DNA of 64,000 nucleotides from Candidatus Methanomethylicaceae archaeon GD_Cm_T35_P0_bin.15 (GCA_038801785.1 JAULTD010000003.1:15169-79168); one strand, 5' to 3'. Numbered from the stretch's first letter, positions 20,041 through 29,889 are shown. Notes: generated from the letters alone by a model not told the origin. Program-made: numbers and translations.

Positions 20041-20833
20041 GGTTAGAATCCTCGCTGACGAGTGTAAAACCGGGGCAGCTTAAAATTTTACCGCTTTCCG
20101 GGACATGGCTGAGTGCCCTAGGATCGTTGAGGAACGCGAAGCTTGAGGGGCAGCAGAGGAAGTCGGAGTATATGTCCTTCGAGACAGGGTACCCGGCGCT
20201 GGAGAGGCGGGGCTCAGGGGCCCCGCCGTACCTCGGGTTGCGCACCAGCCTCCGCCCCTTCAAGACGTAGTAGGCGGCTCCCCTCCTCTCGAGGTACTCC
20301 TCGTAAAGGGAGGAGAAGGCGTCGGAGACAAGGTTCGCCATGACAAGGGGGGACTCGCCCACGTTGACCGTGACATGGCCATAGTTCGGGGGGATCAGGA
20401 CGGCGTCGCCGGCCCTCGCGTCCACCACCGTGAACTCCTGCGGCGGGCTTCCCTTCTGCAGCAGGTAGTATGCATTCCCGTGCAGGACCTGGTATATCTC
20501 GGGGTAGGACAGGCCGTCGACCGCCACGGGGTGGTAGTGTCCGAGTGTCTTGTTCAGCTCCTCCCCCAGGGGGGCCGCGGACATGACGGTGATGTCGAAC
20601 CTAACCTTCCTCGATCTGAAGACGGCCTTGTGCTCCTCCTTTGCGGCGTCCCGGAACATGTTGTAGAGGATCGTATCACCGGGCATGCTGTCCGCCACCG
20701 CCGGGTCCAGGAGGGCGCCGTTGAGGTCCCTCAGCCGCCTCGACTGGTACTCCAGGGGCTTCCCGTTGAGGGAGAGGCGCAGGTCCTCAGACAGCTCCAT
20801 CTCCCCGAACGATGTTCTCAGCTTCAGCTTCAA
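20033..20833 (-). CDS. Cupin-type glucose-6-phosphate isomerase family protein
   Basis: KTLGHYH, YPEIY, IPPNYGHVTVN cupin metal motifs; first gene of the pgk-gap cluster. Confidence 0.85.
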   Translation of the reverse strand: MKLKLRTSFGEMELSEDLRLSLNGKPLEYQSRRLRDLNGALLDPAVADSMPGDTILYNMFRDAAKEEHKAVFRSRKVRFDITVMSAAPLGEELNKTLGHYHPVAVDGLSYPEIYQVLHGNAYYLLQKGSPPQEFTVVDARAGDAVLIPPNYGHVTVNVGESPLVMANLVSDAFSSLYEEYLERRGAAYYVLKGRRLVRNPRYGGAPEPRLSSAGYPVSKDIYSDFLCCPSSFAFLNDPRALSHVPESGKILSCPGFTLVSEDSNHE

Positions 20834-20995
20834 AATACATTCCCATGTAAATATCGCACCTGTAAAATATAACGTTAGCCGGGTCGCCCCGCTATCCGTT
20901 TACCGGGCGGTGCATGCGGCCCCGTGCGGGGCAATAGCCAAGGTGAAAAAACTTGGCAGGAAAAATAGCGTATCGGAACCGTCAGGTACAATAGC

Positions 20996-21256
20996 CTACT
21001 GGACTACTTCAGCCGTAGCGAAACGGTTTGAGACCTTGGTAACCCTTACCTTGACGTGATCGCCAGCTTTCGTGTTCGGTACGAAGACCACAAAGCCCTC
21101 GATCCGGGCTATGCCTTCTCCGCGCCTGCTGATCTCCTTGATATCGACTTCGTACTCCTTGCCTTCCTCTACCGGCTTGGGGCCGAAGTTTGCTGGGCCT
21201 CTGCGGGGGCCGCCGCCTCCGCCGAATTTGCGCTGATTGTCGCGGTAGTATCCCAT
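20996..21256 (-). CDS. Single-TRAM-domain RNA-binding (cold-shock-like) protein
   Basis: KPVEEGKEYEV.I...SRRGEGIARIEGFVVFVP...GD.VKV; Arg/Gly-rich N-terminus. Confidence 0.92.
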   Translation of the reverse strand: MGYYRDNQRKFGGGGGPRRGPANFGPKPVEEGKEYEVDIKEISRRGEGIARIEGFVVFVPNTKAGDHVKVRVTKVSNRFATAEVVQ

Positions 21257-21520
21257 TTCTTTCCCTCCTTTCCTTTCCTTCCCTTTCCTTTTCCTTTCCC
21301 TTGCTCAGAGCAACCGCAGAAGAGCTGATCAGGGGCCAGCTCCTTCGCTGGTGCTTAATCGTACTCTGCTTTAGACCTACTTATTAATCTTCGCTTTTTA
21401 CAATTCACATATCTCTTTAACCTTATTCATTTTCATTAACAGTATGGAGGGGCGGGAAGCGTGCCGGGACCATCGGGTTGCGATGACCGCCGCCCGCATG
21501 CTGCCCCACGGCGGAGCGGA

Positions 21521-23302
21521 TCAGACCCTCCTCAGCTGCTTCCGGTATATCTCGATGAACTCTTCGACGGTGGTGGCATCCTCAGGCTTCTTGTCCGTCC
21601 TCCAGTTCCCCGTGAAGCGCGGGAACCTGACCGCCAGCCCCGCCTCCTCCCTGATGGCGCCGAACCCGCAGGTGTGGATCGGCGAGAGGGTGATCTCGGC
21701 CCCCAGGATCTCGAGGACCTTGGAGGGGACGAGCCAGATATCGGGAACTATCTTCGAGTCCACCCTGGCGTGCCTGTGGTGGATGATGTCCTTCTCGAAG
21801 ATCTTGTTCATGTTCCTGAGGTCCTCATCGGTGAAGCCCGTGCTGCATTTGCAGGCCGTCCGGAAGACATCCTCCCCCTCGTCGTACGCCGCCAGAAGGA
21901 GGGTGCCGATGTTCCCGGCCCTCCTGCCCAGGCCCATGAAGGCACCCACCGCCACGAGATCCACCGTGTCGTGCATCTCGCTCTTGTATTCCCGTTTGTA
22001 CTTTATCCAGAGCCACCCCCTCGCCCCGGCCTTGTAGACAGAGCTCTTTCCGAGCGACTTGGCGATGATGCCCTCGCAGCCGTTCGATATGGCGTCCTCG
22101 AAGAAGGCCTCGAGCTCTTTGGTATTATCTACGACCCTCTGCTCCACGAGGCGCAGGTGGTGGTTCTCCTTCACCACTCCCCTCAGGGACTCCCTCCGCT
22201 CCGGGTAGGGCTTCCCCGTAAGGTCCTCCCCGATGAACATGGCGTCGAAGAGCCTCAGGGAGACAGGGTAGCGCGACATCATCTCCTCCACCCCGTGCTT
22301 CCGCCTCCGGTGCATGAGCTCCTGGAAGGGGAGGAGGTCCCCGCTGTCTGGGTTGACCGCGACTATCTCGCCCTCGACCACGTACTGCTCGGCCGCTATC
22401 CCCTCGGAGGCCAACCGTACTATATCGGGGAAGTGGCTGGAGATCTCCTCGAGGCTCCTCGAGAAGAGGCGGATGCTCCCGTCCGCCAGGCGGTGGATCT
22501 GCACCCGCTCCCCGTCGTATTTGTACTCGGCGGCGCACCTCCCGCCCATCTTTTCCAGGATCTCCTCGGGGGAAGGGAGGCGTTCGGCGAGCATGGGCTT
22601 TATCGGCCTGCCCGGGCTCGGCCTGAACCCGGCGATCGCCCCGAGCCCGCCCGTCGCCAGTGCCTTGGCTATCGCGCCAAGGTCGCTGCTCACATTGTAT
22701 GCCCGCTCTATAGCCGTGCGCGCGTCCTTCGATCCGCCGAAGGCCGCGGCCAGTGCATCGAGGATGGTCATGTCCGCCACGCCGAGCCTCAGCGTCCCGG
22801 AGACGGTCTTCACGATATAGAGCGCCTCCCGCGGCGCGGCCTCCCTGAGGAGGTCGGAGAGGAGGCGGATCTTCGTCTCCTGCGAGCCGGGGCCCTGGGC
22901 CCTAGCGATCTTCTCCAGAGTGGCGTAGACATAGTCGACCGTGATGCGGTCCGCCTTCCTTCCGGTCCCGGAGAAGTAGTCGAGGAAGACCTGCCTCCGA
23001 CCGTCGGGGAGGAGCTCGTAGACTGCCTTCCCGAGGTCGCCCGTCTCCCTGTAGAGGGCGCTTATCCTAGAGGGGGGCGCGGCGGTCGCGTGCGCTATGG
23101 CCTTCATTATGAGCTTGTCCGCCACTCCCAGCTCGAGTGGGACGAACTCTGGGTAAAGCCGCCCCATGGTGAGGTAGACGATCTTGTCGATTATCTCGGG
23201 GGGGCACTTCTTGAGGAACTCGACGAGGATCGCTGTGATCTCGAGCCGTTTCGTCGTCCTGCTTATCGCATCGTATACCTCGACGATCTCGCCATAGTCC
23301 AA
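21521..23302 (-). CDS. lig: ATP-dependent DNA ligase
   Basis: EYKYDGER motif I, EGEIV, CEGIIAK, WIKYKREY, RFPRF; TTG start at 23302. Confidence 0.97.
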   Translation of the reverse strand: MDYGEIVEVYDAISRTTKRLEITAILVEFLKKCPPEIIDKIVYLTMGRLYPEFVPLELGVADKLIMKAIAHATAAPPSRISALYRETGDLGKAVYELLPDGRRQVFLDYFSGTGRKADRITVDYVYATLEKIARAQGPGSQETKIRLLSDLLREAAPREALYIVKTVSGTLRLGVADMTILDALAAAFGGSKDARTAIERAYNVSSDLGAIAKALATGGLGAIAGFRPSPGRPIKPMLAERLPSPEEILEKMGGRCAAEYKYDGERVQIHRLADGSIRLFSRSLEEISSHFPDIVRLASEGIAAEQYVVEGEIVAVNPDSGDLLPFQELMHRRRKHGVEEMMSRYPVSLRLFDAMFIGEDLTGKPYPERRESLRGVVKENHHLRLVEQRVVDNTKELEAFFEDAISNGCEGIIAKSLGKSSVYKAGARGWLWIKYKREYKSEMHDTVDLVAVGAFMGLGRRAGNIGTLLLAAYDEGEDVFRTACKCSTGFTDEDLRNMNKIFEKDIIHHRHARVDSKIVPDIWLVPSKVLEILGAEITLSPIHTCGFGAIREEAGLAVRFPRFTGNWRTDKKPEDATTVEEFIEIYRKQLRRV

Positions 23303-23464
23303 TCTCCCACGCCTCCCCATACAGCATATATCGCCTATCGCTTCATGTCGCGGTAGCGGAGCATGGCGCCGCAGAGCAGCGCTACCGGACTATATCTCGC
23401 TCATCTTTAATTAATGCGTTGAGCCTCTTATAGAGGTAAGCCGGATTACCGGCGGCGAGCGGAG

Positions 23465-24142
23465 GTGCCATTGTTGCGAGCGGTGGTGTTCGATCTCGAC
23501 GGCGTGATCACGAGGTTCAACCTCGAGAGGGAGAAGATCAAGGCGGAGTTCATAGAGTACTTCAGGGAGAGGGGCTTGGTCGACCCGTCGCTGACGCCCA
23601 GCACACCCTACTCGCTGATCAAGGATGCGGTCGCTGCATACTTCTCGGGGATCGGCAGGGGGGCGGAGGTGGAGGCCATGCTGAGGGACGCAGACAGGAT
23701 AATAGTCGAGCACGAGATCAGGGCAGCCTCGGACGCACCGCTGCTGCCGGGCGTAAAGGGCGCCCTCACAGCGCTCAAAGCGATGGGGCTCAGACTGGCA
23801 ATCTTCACTTACAACAACAGCCAGGCGGCAGGGATGATCCTGAGGAGGCATGGGCTCGATGGCATCTTTGACGTCGTGGTCTCGAGGGACATGGTCAGCA
23901 GACCGAAGCCGAACCCGATCCACCTTGAGGCGGTCCTGGCCCGGCTTGGGGTCCAGAAGGGGGAGACGCTGGTCGTGGGCGACAGTGAGATGGATATCGA
24001 GTCGGCGAGGAAGGCAGGGGTGAGGGTGGCCGCCGTCGCCACTGGGCTGAGGAGCCGCAAGGAGCTGGCGGCTCACGGACCGGACTTTTTGATAGGAGAC
24101 CTCTCCGAGCTGCCGGCATTAGTCAGGAGTCTGGATCCATGA
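23465..24142 (+). CDS. HAD-superfamily phosphatase (phosphoglycolate phosphatase-like)
   Basis: FDLDG motif I, KPNP, VGDSEMDI. Confidence 0.9.
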   Translation: MPLLRAVVFDLDGVITRFNLEREKIKAEFIEYFRERGLVDPSLTPSTPYSLIKDAVAAYFSGIGRGAEVEAMLRDADRIIVEHEIRAASDAPLLPGVKGALTALKAMGLRLAIFTYNNSQAAGMILRRHGLDGIFDVVVSRDMVSRPKPNPIHLEAVLARLGVQKGETLVVGDSEMDIESARKAGVRVAAVATGLRSRKELAAHGPDFLIGDLSELPALVRSLDP

Positions 24143-24239
24143 CGGGCGGGCGGAAGGAGAGGAAGAGGGAAGGGGAAAGGAGAAAGGAGGGGGGAAGGGG
24201 GAAGGAGAAGAGTAAAAGAGGCGGAGGGATAACGGCCAG

Positions 24240-24929
24240 CTAAGCCTTTGCCCTCTTCTCAAGCATCCTCTCCAACGTCCACCTTATGGAACTTCTCAGC
24301 TCCCGTACCCTGCTGTCGTCGCTGACGTTCCTCACTACTATCGCCCTGAGGATCTCGCCGTCTGTCTCGAGCTCATAGTCCACTACAGACGACGGGTCCT
24401 TGCTGCCGGCGTCGACCGCCATCTCGTCCTTCCTCCGCATCTCGCCGATCACCCGGTCGATGAAGAATGACTGGAAGGGCGGGGTCTTGACGCTCAGGCC
24501 GAGGTCTTCCCTCGGGACGATCCGGACGTACGAGTCGCCTACGTACAGGGTTCCCAAGTCATCGCCAGTCTTGGCTTTGATCGAGAACGGCTGACCCTGG
24601 CCTCCTTCCCGGGCTGGGACCGGCGCAGGCGCAGGCGCAGGCGCAGGCGCAGGGGCGGACACAGGAGCAGCCGGAGGAGCCCGCGCCGGGGGCGGCGGAG
24701 GGGCAGCAGACAGGACGTCTATCCTCTCTGCACTGTACTCCTGCCTTGGAGCCTCCCTCTCATAGAGTGAGCTCGCGGACCTGAAACTTACCTTGGCAAG
24801 CGCCTCGTTTACGAGCTTGAGCGTGAGCTTCATGAGGCCCAGCTCCCTCTCCGCGTCGGCGATGCGCACCTCCAGGTCCCTCTTCAGCTCTGCGAGGTTC
24901 TTGGTATCGTCATCGGCCAATAATCTCAC
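24240..24929 (-). CDS. Hypothetical protein (N-terminal coiled coil, Pro/Ala linker, globular C-domain)
   Basis: Long ORF with genome-typical codon use; TPPFQSFF..RV and RWTLERM segments. Confidence 0.7.
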   Translation of the reverse strand: MRLLADDDTKNLAELKRDLEVRIADAERELGLMKLTLKLVNEALAKVSFRSASSLYEREAPRQEYSAERIDVLSAAPPPPPARAPPAAPVSAPAPAPAPAPAPVPAREGGQGQPFSIKAKTGDDLGTLYVGDSYVRIVPREDLGLSVKTPPFQSFFIDRVIGEMRRKDEMAVDAGSKDPSSVVDYELETDGEILRAIVVRNVSDDSRVRELRSSIRWTLERMLEKRAKA

Positions 24930-25026
24930 CTAACCGTACTTTGAGGAAGGCGGCATAAAAACTATACTGAGTTTGTCCGGGCGGCTCCTAGGGAGGCGGC
25001 TCCGGAGGGCCTCCCCTGCGCCGTCG

Positions 25027-25569
25027 TCAGTCCGGCGCCACGGGGAACTCTCCGCCCAGGTAGCGGGTAGTCCCGGCATGCAGCAGGGGGGACGAGGAGC
25101 GCCAGACGCCGTCGAAGCCCCTGGCGGAGGCGTGCACGACATCGCCGAGGATGATAGAGTGATCGCCTACCCCGATCAGCCGGTTGAGCCTGCACTCTAT
25201 GGAGCCGATGGCCTCGCCTATGACAGGGGCCTTCACCTTTGCTGCAGGCACGTAGCGGAAGAGGCGGGACTTGTCGAAGGCTGCGCCGGACCTTGAGCCT
25301 GCAAGCCTCACCTTTGGTAGCAGCGGCAGGTCAGGGATGTTCACGGTGAACTCTCCCGACCTCTCTATCAGCGTGTGCGTGAATCGGCCGGGGGAGATGG
25401 CCACGGCGAGGATCGGGGGATTCACGGAAACCGGGGTGTGCCAGGCGGCGACCATCACGTTAGGAAGGCCGTCCTCCCGGAGGGAGACTATCAGCGCAGG
25501 TATCCTCGGGGAGAGGAGCCTGTGATACAGGCCGGTCAGAGTCCCAGGACAGGATTCGGGTTCGGGCAT
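25027..25569 (-). CDS. Flavin reductase-like FMN-binding protein
   Basis: PNVM.AAW..PVS.NPP, EFTVNIP, IECRL, GDHSIILG. Confidence 0.88.
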   Translation of the reverse strand: MPEPESCPGTLTGLYHRLLSPRIPALIVSLREDGLPNVMVAAWHTPVSVNPPILAVAISPGRFTHTLIERSGEFTVNIPDLPLLPKVRLAGSRSGAAFDKSRLFRYVPAAKVKAPVIGEAIGSIECRLNRLIGVGDHSIILGDVVHASARGFDGVWRSSSPLLHAGTTRYLGGEFPVAPD

Positions 25570-25615
25570 AAGACAATTATCTGGGGGAGAGATAGAAAAG
25601 TTTGATGGGATTGAA

Positions 25616-26161
25616 ATGGAACTGTTCGAGGCCATCAGTGGGAGGAGGAGCGTCAGGGCGTTCACGGGGGAGCCTCTGAGGGAGGGGGACCTCGAGAGGA
25701 TTCTGAAGGCCGGGACATCGGCGCCCTCAGCAGGGAACCTGCAGCCCTGGGAGTTTGTAGTTGCGGAGGGCAGGGAGACCAAGGCAGATCTCGCGAGGGC
25801 TGCGCTAGGCCAGGCCTGGATGGAGGAGGCGGCGGTCATCATCACCGTCTGCGCCTGCCAGGGGGCCTCGGCGGCGAGGTACGGGAGGAGGGGGGCTGAG
25901 CTCTACTGTATTCAAGACACTGCCGCCGCAGTCCAGAATATGCTGCTCGCGTCCACGGCCCTCGGGTACGGGGCTTGCTGGGTAGGGGCTTTCGACGAGG
26001 AGGGTGTGAGGGGGGTGCTGGGCATCCCCGCCCAGGTCAGGCCGGTGGCTATGCTGCCGGTGGGGGTGCCGCTGGAATATCCGGCGGAGACGCCCCGGAA
26101 GGGTCTCGCCTCCCTGACCTACTTCGAACGGTACGGAGAGAGAAGGCGGCCAGGGCGGTGA
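25616..26161 (+). CDS. Nitroreductase family protein
   Basis: RRSVRAF, APSAGNLQPWEF, QNMLL...LGYGACWVGAF. Confidence 0.93.
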   Translation: MELFEAISGRRSVRAFTGEPLREGDLERILKAGTSAPSAGNLQPWEFVVAEGRETKADLARAALGQAWMEEAAVIITVCACQGASAARYGRRGAELYCIQDTAAAVQNMLLASTALGYGACWVGAFDEEGVRGVLGIPAQVRPVAMLPVGVPLEYPAETPRKGLASLTYFERYGERRRPGR

Positions 26162-27296
26162 TGGTGAGGATGAGGGCGAGCAGGGCCGCGGTCAGGTAAC
26201 CCCCTGGAACCTGGATCGGCTGGGCGGAGGTCAGTATCATCGAGTGATCCTCTATCCAGAGCACGTCTGACCCGATGATGTCCTCCCTCGAGCTTATGCT
26301 GCTCCCGATATAGTCCGCCGTTCGGGCATCGAGGTAGCAGGCGGTGTCCCAAGCGGCCAGTGCAGATCCGGTTATGTGTTGCTCGACATTGGTGCTCCTC
26401 AGGTGCCCCCGGTCATAAGAGAAACCCTTGAAGAACGTGAGGTCGACCGGGACCCACTCTCCGGCTCCCCCGCCCTTTGCGGGCAGGTATACCATGGCCC
26501 ATCCGTGCCACCCGACGTTCTGGAGGTTGAAGGAGAGGTTCTCATCGGTCTCCCGGACCTCACCCGGCAGGTATATGGGCCCCACCGAGACGTAGGCGGG
26601 TATCCCAAGGACCCTGCAGAAGAGGACGAAGAGGCCTGCCTGGTCGTCGCAGTCGCCCTCCCTGCTGGAGAACGTCTCGGCGATCGTCCGGGGGCTCGAT
26701 CCCTCGGCGTAGGTCATGTTGTCCTCGAACCATCTCAGGAGCCTAGAGATTACAGCGAGGACGTTCTCCTCACCGCCCTTTATCCCCCGCGCGGTCTCGA
26801 TGATCTCTGGCGAGTTCGCGATCTGCGTAATGTCCCAGGATCCCACGAGCGGGTACTGTTCGACCAGCTCTGCCGGCACCTCCGAGATGGTGCCGACGCT
26901 GTCCGGTCCCAGAAGTGGGGCAGCCCTCCGGATCTCGAGCGTGAAGAGGAGCTCCAGCGTCGCGTTCTCCCGCGGGAGGAGGGGCGTGTCGCTCAGGACT
27001 GCTATCATGGGATTCCCGTCCCCGTCGCTTGAAGGTTCCCACCGGGCAGGCTCGCCGTTCAGCCTGACGGACTCTAGGACGGCTGTCTGGAGGCTGTTGT
27101 TGACGAAGATGTTCTGGTTCAGGAGATGGTAGTAAGGGCTCGAGGGTTCCCCGGGGAGGAGAGCCCCGTTCCCGTTGACGAGCGTTATGTTGAGGCTGTA
27201 GCTATATACCGACGCCCCGGCGGGGGCTGGGCTGGCCAGCAGCAGGGGCAGGAGGATGAGGGGGAGTAGCGGCATCACGAACACACCCCTCACCAT
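26049..27296 (-). CDS. Exported transglutaminase-like cysteine protease, C-terminally membrane anchored
   Basis: GDCDDQA (Cys), HGW (His), WVPVD (Asp) triad pattern; signal peptide; C-terminal TM. Confidence 0.8.
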   Translation of the reverse strand: MVRGVFVMPLLPLILLPLLLASPAPAGASVYSYSLNITLVNGNGALLPGEPSSPYYHLLNQNIFVNNSLQTAVLESVRLNGEPARWEPSSDGDGNPMIAVLSDTPLLPRENATLELLFTLEIRRAAPLLGPDSVGTISEVPAELVEQYPLVGSWDITQIANSPEIIETARGIKGGEENVLAVISRLLRWFEDNMTYAEGSSPRTIAETFSSREGDCDDQAGLFVLFCRVLGIPAYVSVGPIYLPGEVRETDENLSFNLQNVGWHGWAMVYLPAKGGGAGEWVPVDLTFFKGFSYDRGHLRSTNVEQHITGSALAAWDTACYLDARTADYIGSSISSREDIIGSDVLWIEDHSMILTSAQPIQVPGGYLTAALLALILTITALAAFSLRTVRSRSGRRDPSGASPPDIPAAPPPAA

Positions 27297-27617
27297 ACCA
27301 CAGCACCTCCGATAAATGTTCCACCTGCTGCCCAGTAGGATGCCGGCGGCCCATACCTGACTGTATAGTCTTCGGCTGACAGGTTTTTATATCCTCCTTA
27401 TCCAGGCTGGTCGCGATGCCTGCGGCCATCAGGACGGCGGGGCGGTACCGGAGTGGATAGCCGGGCTCGGCGTGCGCGTGCGGAGGATCGGGAGCGTGTA
27501 CGGAGAGCGCCGGAGGGAGCACAGACAGGGCCGTCATCCGGCCGTGAACAACTGGATCGTTCAGAACCAAAAGGATATTAACATTCTGGGGGCAAGGGAG
27601 TATCAGACTTTTGAGGG

Positions 27618-27854
27618 ATGAGCATGAGTTTCTCGGCCTATGTGTTGGGAGTAAGCCAGATAGGGAGGGAGAGGGAAGTCTTGAAGAACTGCCTGGCTGT
27701 TAAAGACGTTGTGGAAGGGACGGTGGTCTTTGGCGAGTATGACATCGTCGTAAAGGTCATGACCGATGACGTTAAAGAGCTCAGCAAGAGGGTCGAGGAG
27801 ATCAGGCGGATCGACGGGCTGCTGAGGACCACAACCCTCATCTCCATGCAGTGA
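27618..27854 (+). CDS. Stand-alone Lrp/AsnC ligand-binding (RAM) domain protein
   Basis: AYVL...GRE.EV...VFGEYDIVVKV...IRRIDG..RTTTLI. Confidence 0.85.
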   Translation: MSMSFSAYVLGVSQIGREREVLKNCLAVKDVVEGTVVFGEYDIVVKVMTDDVKELSKRVEEIRRIDGLLRTTTLISMQ

Positions 27855-27908
27855 GGGGGGCCTTGCCGCCGGTCTCCTGGGGCTTATTTCCGCAGGCGCA
27901 GGGGCTGC

Positions 27909-29240
27909 TCAGCAGGGAACCCTGAGGGTATCGCAGACGATCTTGTAAATCGACTCGGTGGCATTGAAGTTTGAGGCATACCTCTGTGCCCTCAGAACGG
28001 CGGACGTGCAGACCGTAGAGTCCATGACCTTCCTTACCCCTGAGAGGAGAGCCTCCCTGGAGAGGTCGGCCTGCTGGATCGAGACGCCGAGCGACATCGC
28101 CTCCACGGACTGCGCTATACCCTGGTGCTCAGAGTGAGCGGGGGTGGGGATGATGACCATCGGCTTACCGTAGTAGATCGCCTCGGCGACGGTGTTGTGG
28201 CCGCCGCGCGTTATGAGGAGGTCGCATGCCTTGAGGTACTTGTACCGGTCATCCACCCAGTTGTAGACCTTGAGCCGCCTGCGGGACATGAGGCAGTTCA
28301 TGGCGTCGCCGACGTCGATGCTGGTGCTGGTGCTGGTGCTGGTGCTGGCGTTGTTAGCTCTAGCGGTAACATAGCTGCCGTCACCGTCACTATCGCCGCC
28401 GTTGCTGCTGCAGAGGCCGTCGATGCTGCTGTTAGCATAGGGGAGGCCGGATATCCCTTTGGAGAGGACTATGTTGTAGGAGTCGGGGAACTCTCTGAAG
28501 ATCTGGGTCAGGCGCTCCACGACGAGGCGCTTCTCGGCGGGCGTTCCGCTTATCGCGGCGAATATCATCGGCCTGTCGTCCAGCCCCAGCTCCTTCCTGA
28601 TCTCCTCCTTCGCCGGGAGCTCGGAGGGGTACCTGGGGATTATAGGTCCGACGAGCCTGAGCTTCTCGAGGTACTGGTAGGACGGGACGACGTTCTCCTT
28701 TGCGATCGTGTACGGGGGAGGGAAGTCGGGGATGATTATGACCTTGCTCAGCTTCCAGAGCCCGCCGAGGACCTCCAGGCCCAGCCGCTCCACGTGCGAC
28801 TTGATGCTCTTCTTTATCTCGCGGTCGATGGGCCTCGAATGGGGTATCATGATCCTGAGCTGGTGGAGCATGAGGACGGGGATGATCCGCCTCATCCTGG
28901 CGGCGAGGATTGTGGAGAGCCGGCTGTCCGAGATGACGAGGTCAGGCTTGAACTGCTCTATCAGGTCGAGCTCAGCCCCGACCTGGAGGAGGAACTTGTA
29001 GATGTTCGGGGGGCCGATCGAGAGGGTCCGCTTGAGGTCGAACGTCCCGTCGCCCTTCTCGTAGACCTTGATCGGGGGGACCTCCCCCACGCGGAAGCCC
29101 GCCCTCCTTATGAACTGGGCGGCCTCCCCGTACGTCGAGAAGTAAGTGCTGTGCCCCCTCCTGCGGAAGGTCTTGGCTACTGGGATGCACCTTCCAGCAT
29201 GCCCCAGAGCTATCCCGCAGGGAGCGAAGTAGATCCTCAT
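27909..29240 (-). CDS. GT-B glycosyltransferase (MurG/GT28-like)
   Basis: GIALGHAGR, PDLVISD, DLLITRGGHNTVAEA, H.EHQ; contains a low-complexity insertion. Confidence 0.85.
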   Translation of the reverse strand: MRIYFAPCGIALGHAGRCIPVAKTFRRRGHSTYFSTYGEAAQFIRRAGFRVGEVPPIKVYEKGDGTFDLKRTLSIGPPNIYKFLLQVGAELDLIEQFKPDLVISDSRLSTILAARMRRIIPVLMLHQLRIMIPHSRPIDREIKKSIKSHVERLGLEVLGGLWKLSKVIIIPDFPPPYTIAKENVVPSYQYLEKLRLVGPIIPRYPSELPAKEEIRKELGLDDRPMIFAAISGTPAEKRLVVERLTQIFREFPDSYNIVLSKGISGLPYANSSIDGLCSSNGGDSDGDGSYVTARANNASTSTSTSTSIDVGDAMNCLMSRRRLKVYNWVDDRYKYLKACDLLITRGGHNTVAEAIYYGKPMVIIPTPAHSEHQGIAQSVEAMSLGVSIQQADLSREALLSGVRKVMDSTVCTSAVLRAQRYASNFNATESIYKIVCDTLRVPC

Positions 29241-29258
29241 CCGCAGCGTCTCCAAGTT

Positions 29259-29879
29259 TCAGACTAAAGGGACGACCTTCCCCTTCGGGCGCTCCTCTGC
29301 AAAGACCTCGGCGCAGAAGGAGTAGATCTTCGTGCCCCTTGTGAGCCATGCGTCCGGCGGCAGCCCTGCCTTCATACAGCACTGCGAGAGGAAGGTCTCC
29401 TCGTCCCAGCCGTACTCCGTCGCGACCTGTGGCAGCAGTAGACCGGTGTAGTACCCCTGCTCGATTATGAGGCCGTCCCTCCCGACCCTGATCAGGCGCG
29501 GGCAGTCCTTCTGCTCCTTCGGCTCCAAGAGGGCGGGCGGCGTCAGGATGCTCACCTCGAAGACCACATCGTTGAGTTCGCCTGCGTCCAGCGGCGGGAA
29601 GCGGGGGTCGTTGACTGCAGCGCTGATGGCAGAGTCGATAGTCGCCTCGATGAGGGGGAGGCGCGGGAGTGGATAGCCGATGCAGCCCCTCAGGGACTTT
29701 GCTCCGTCGCGGACCTTCTCAATCGTGACGAAGACGCCGGACTTCTCGCCGAGCCGCTTGAACTCGGTCGCGGGGGGAGGGATCTCCTTGGATTCCTCGA
29801 TATACTTCGTGACCGCCTCCCGCGCGAGCTTGACGAGAAAGGTGCCTTCCTCGATCGTGTAGATAGGCAATACCATCAC
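29259..29879 (-). CDS. AMMECR1-domain protein
   Basis: GVFVT, LRGCIG, DPRFPP, EVSILT, GLLLPQV, KAGL. Confidence 0.93.
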   Translation of the reverse strand: MMVLPIYTIEEGTFLVKLAREAVTKYIEESKEIPPPATEFKRLGEKSGVFVTIEKVRDGAKSLRGCIGYPLPRLPLIEATIDSAISAAVNDPRFPPLDAGELNDVVFEVSILTPPALLEPKEQKDCPRLIRVGRDGLIIEQGYYTGLLLPQVATEYGWDEETFLSQCCMKAGLPPDAWLTRGTKIYSFCAEVFAEERPKGKVVPLV

Positions 29880-29889
29880 CTGCTACCGT

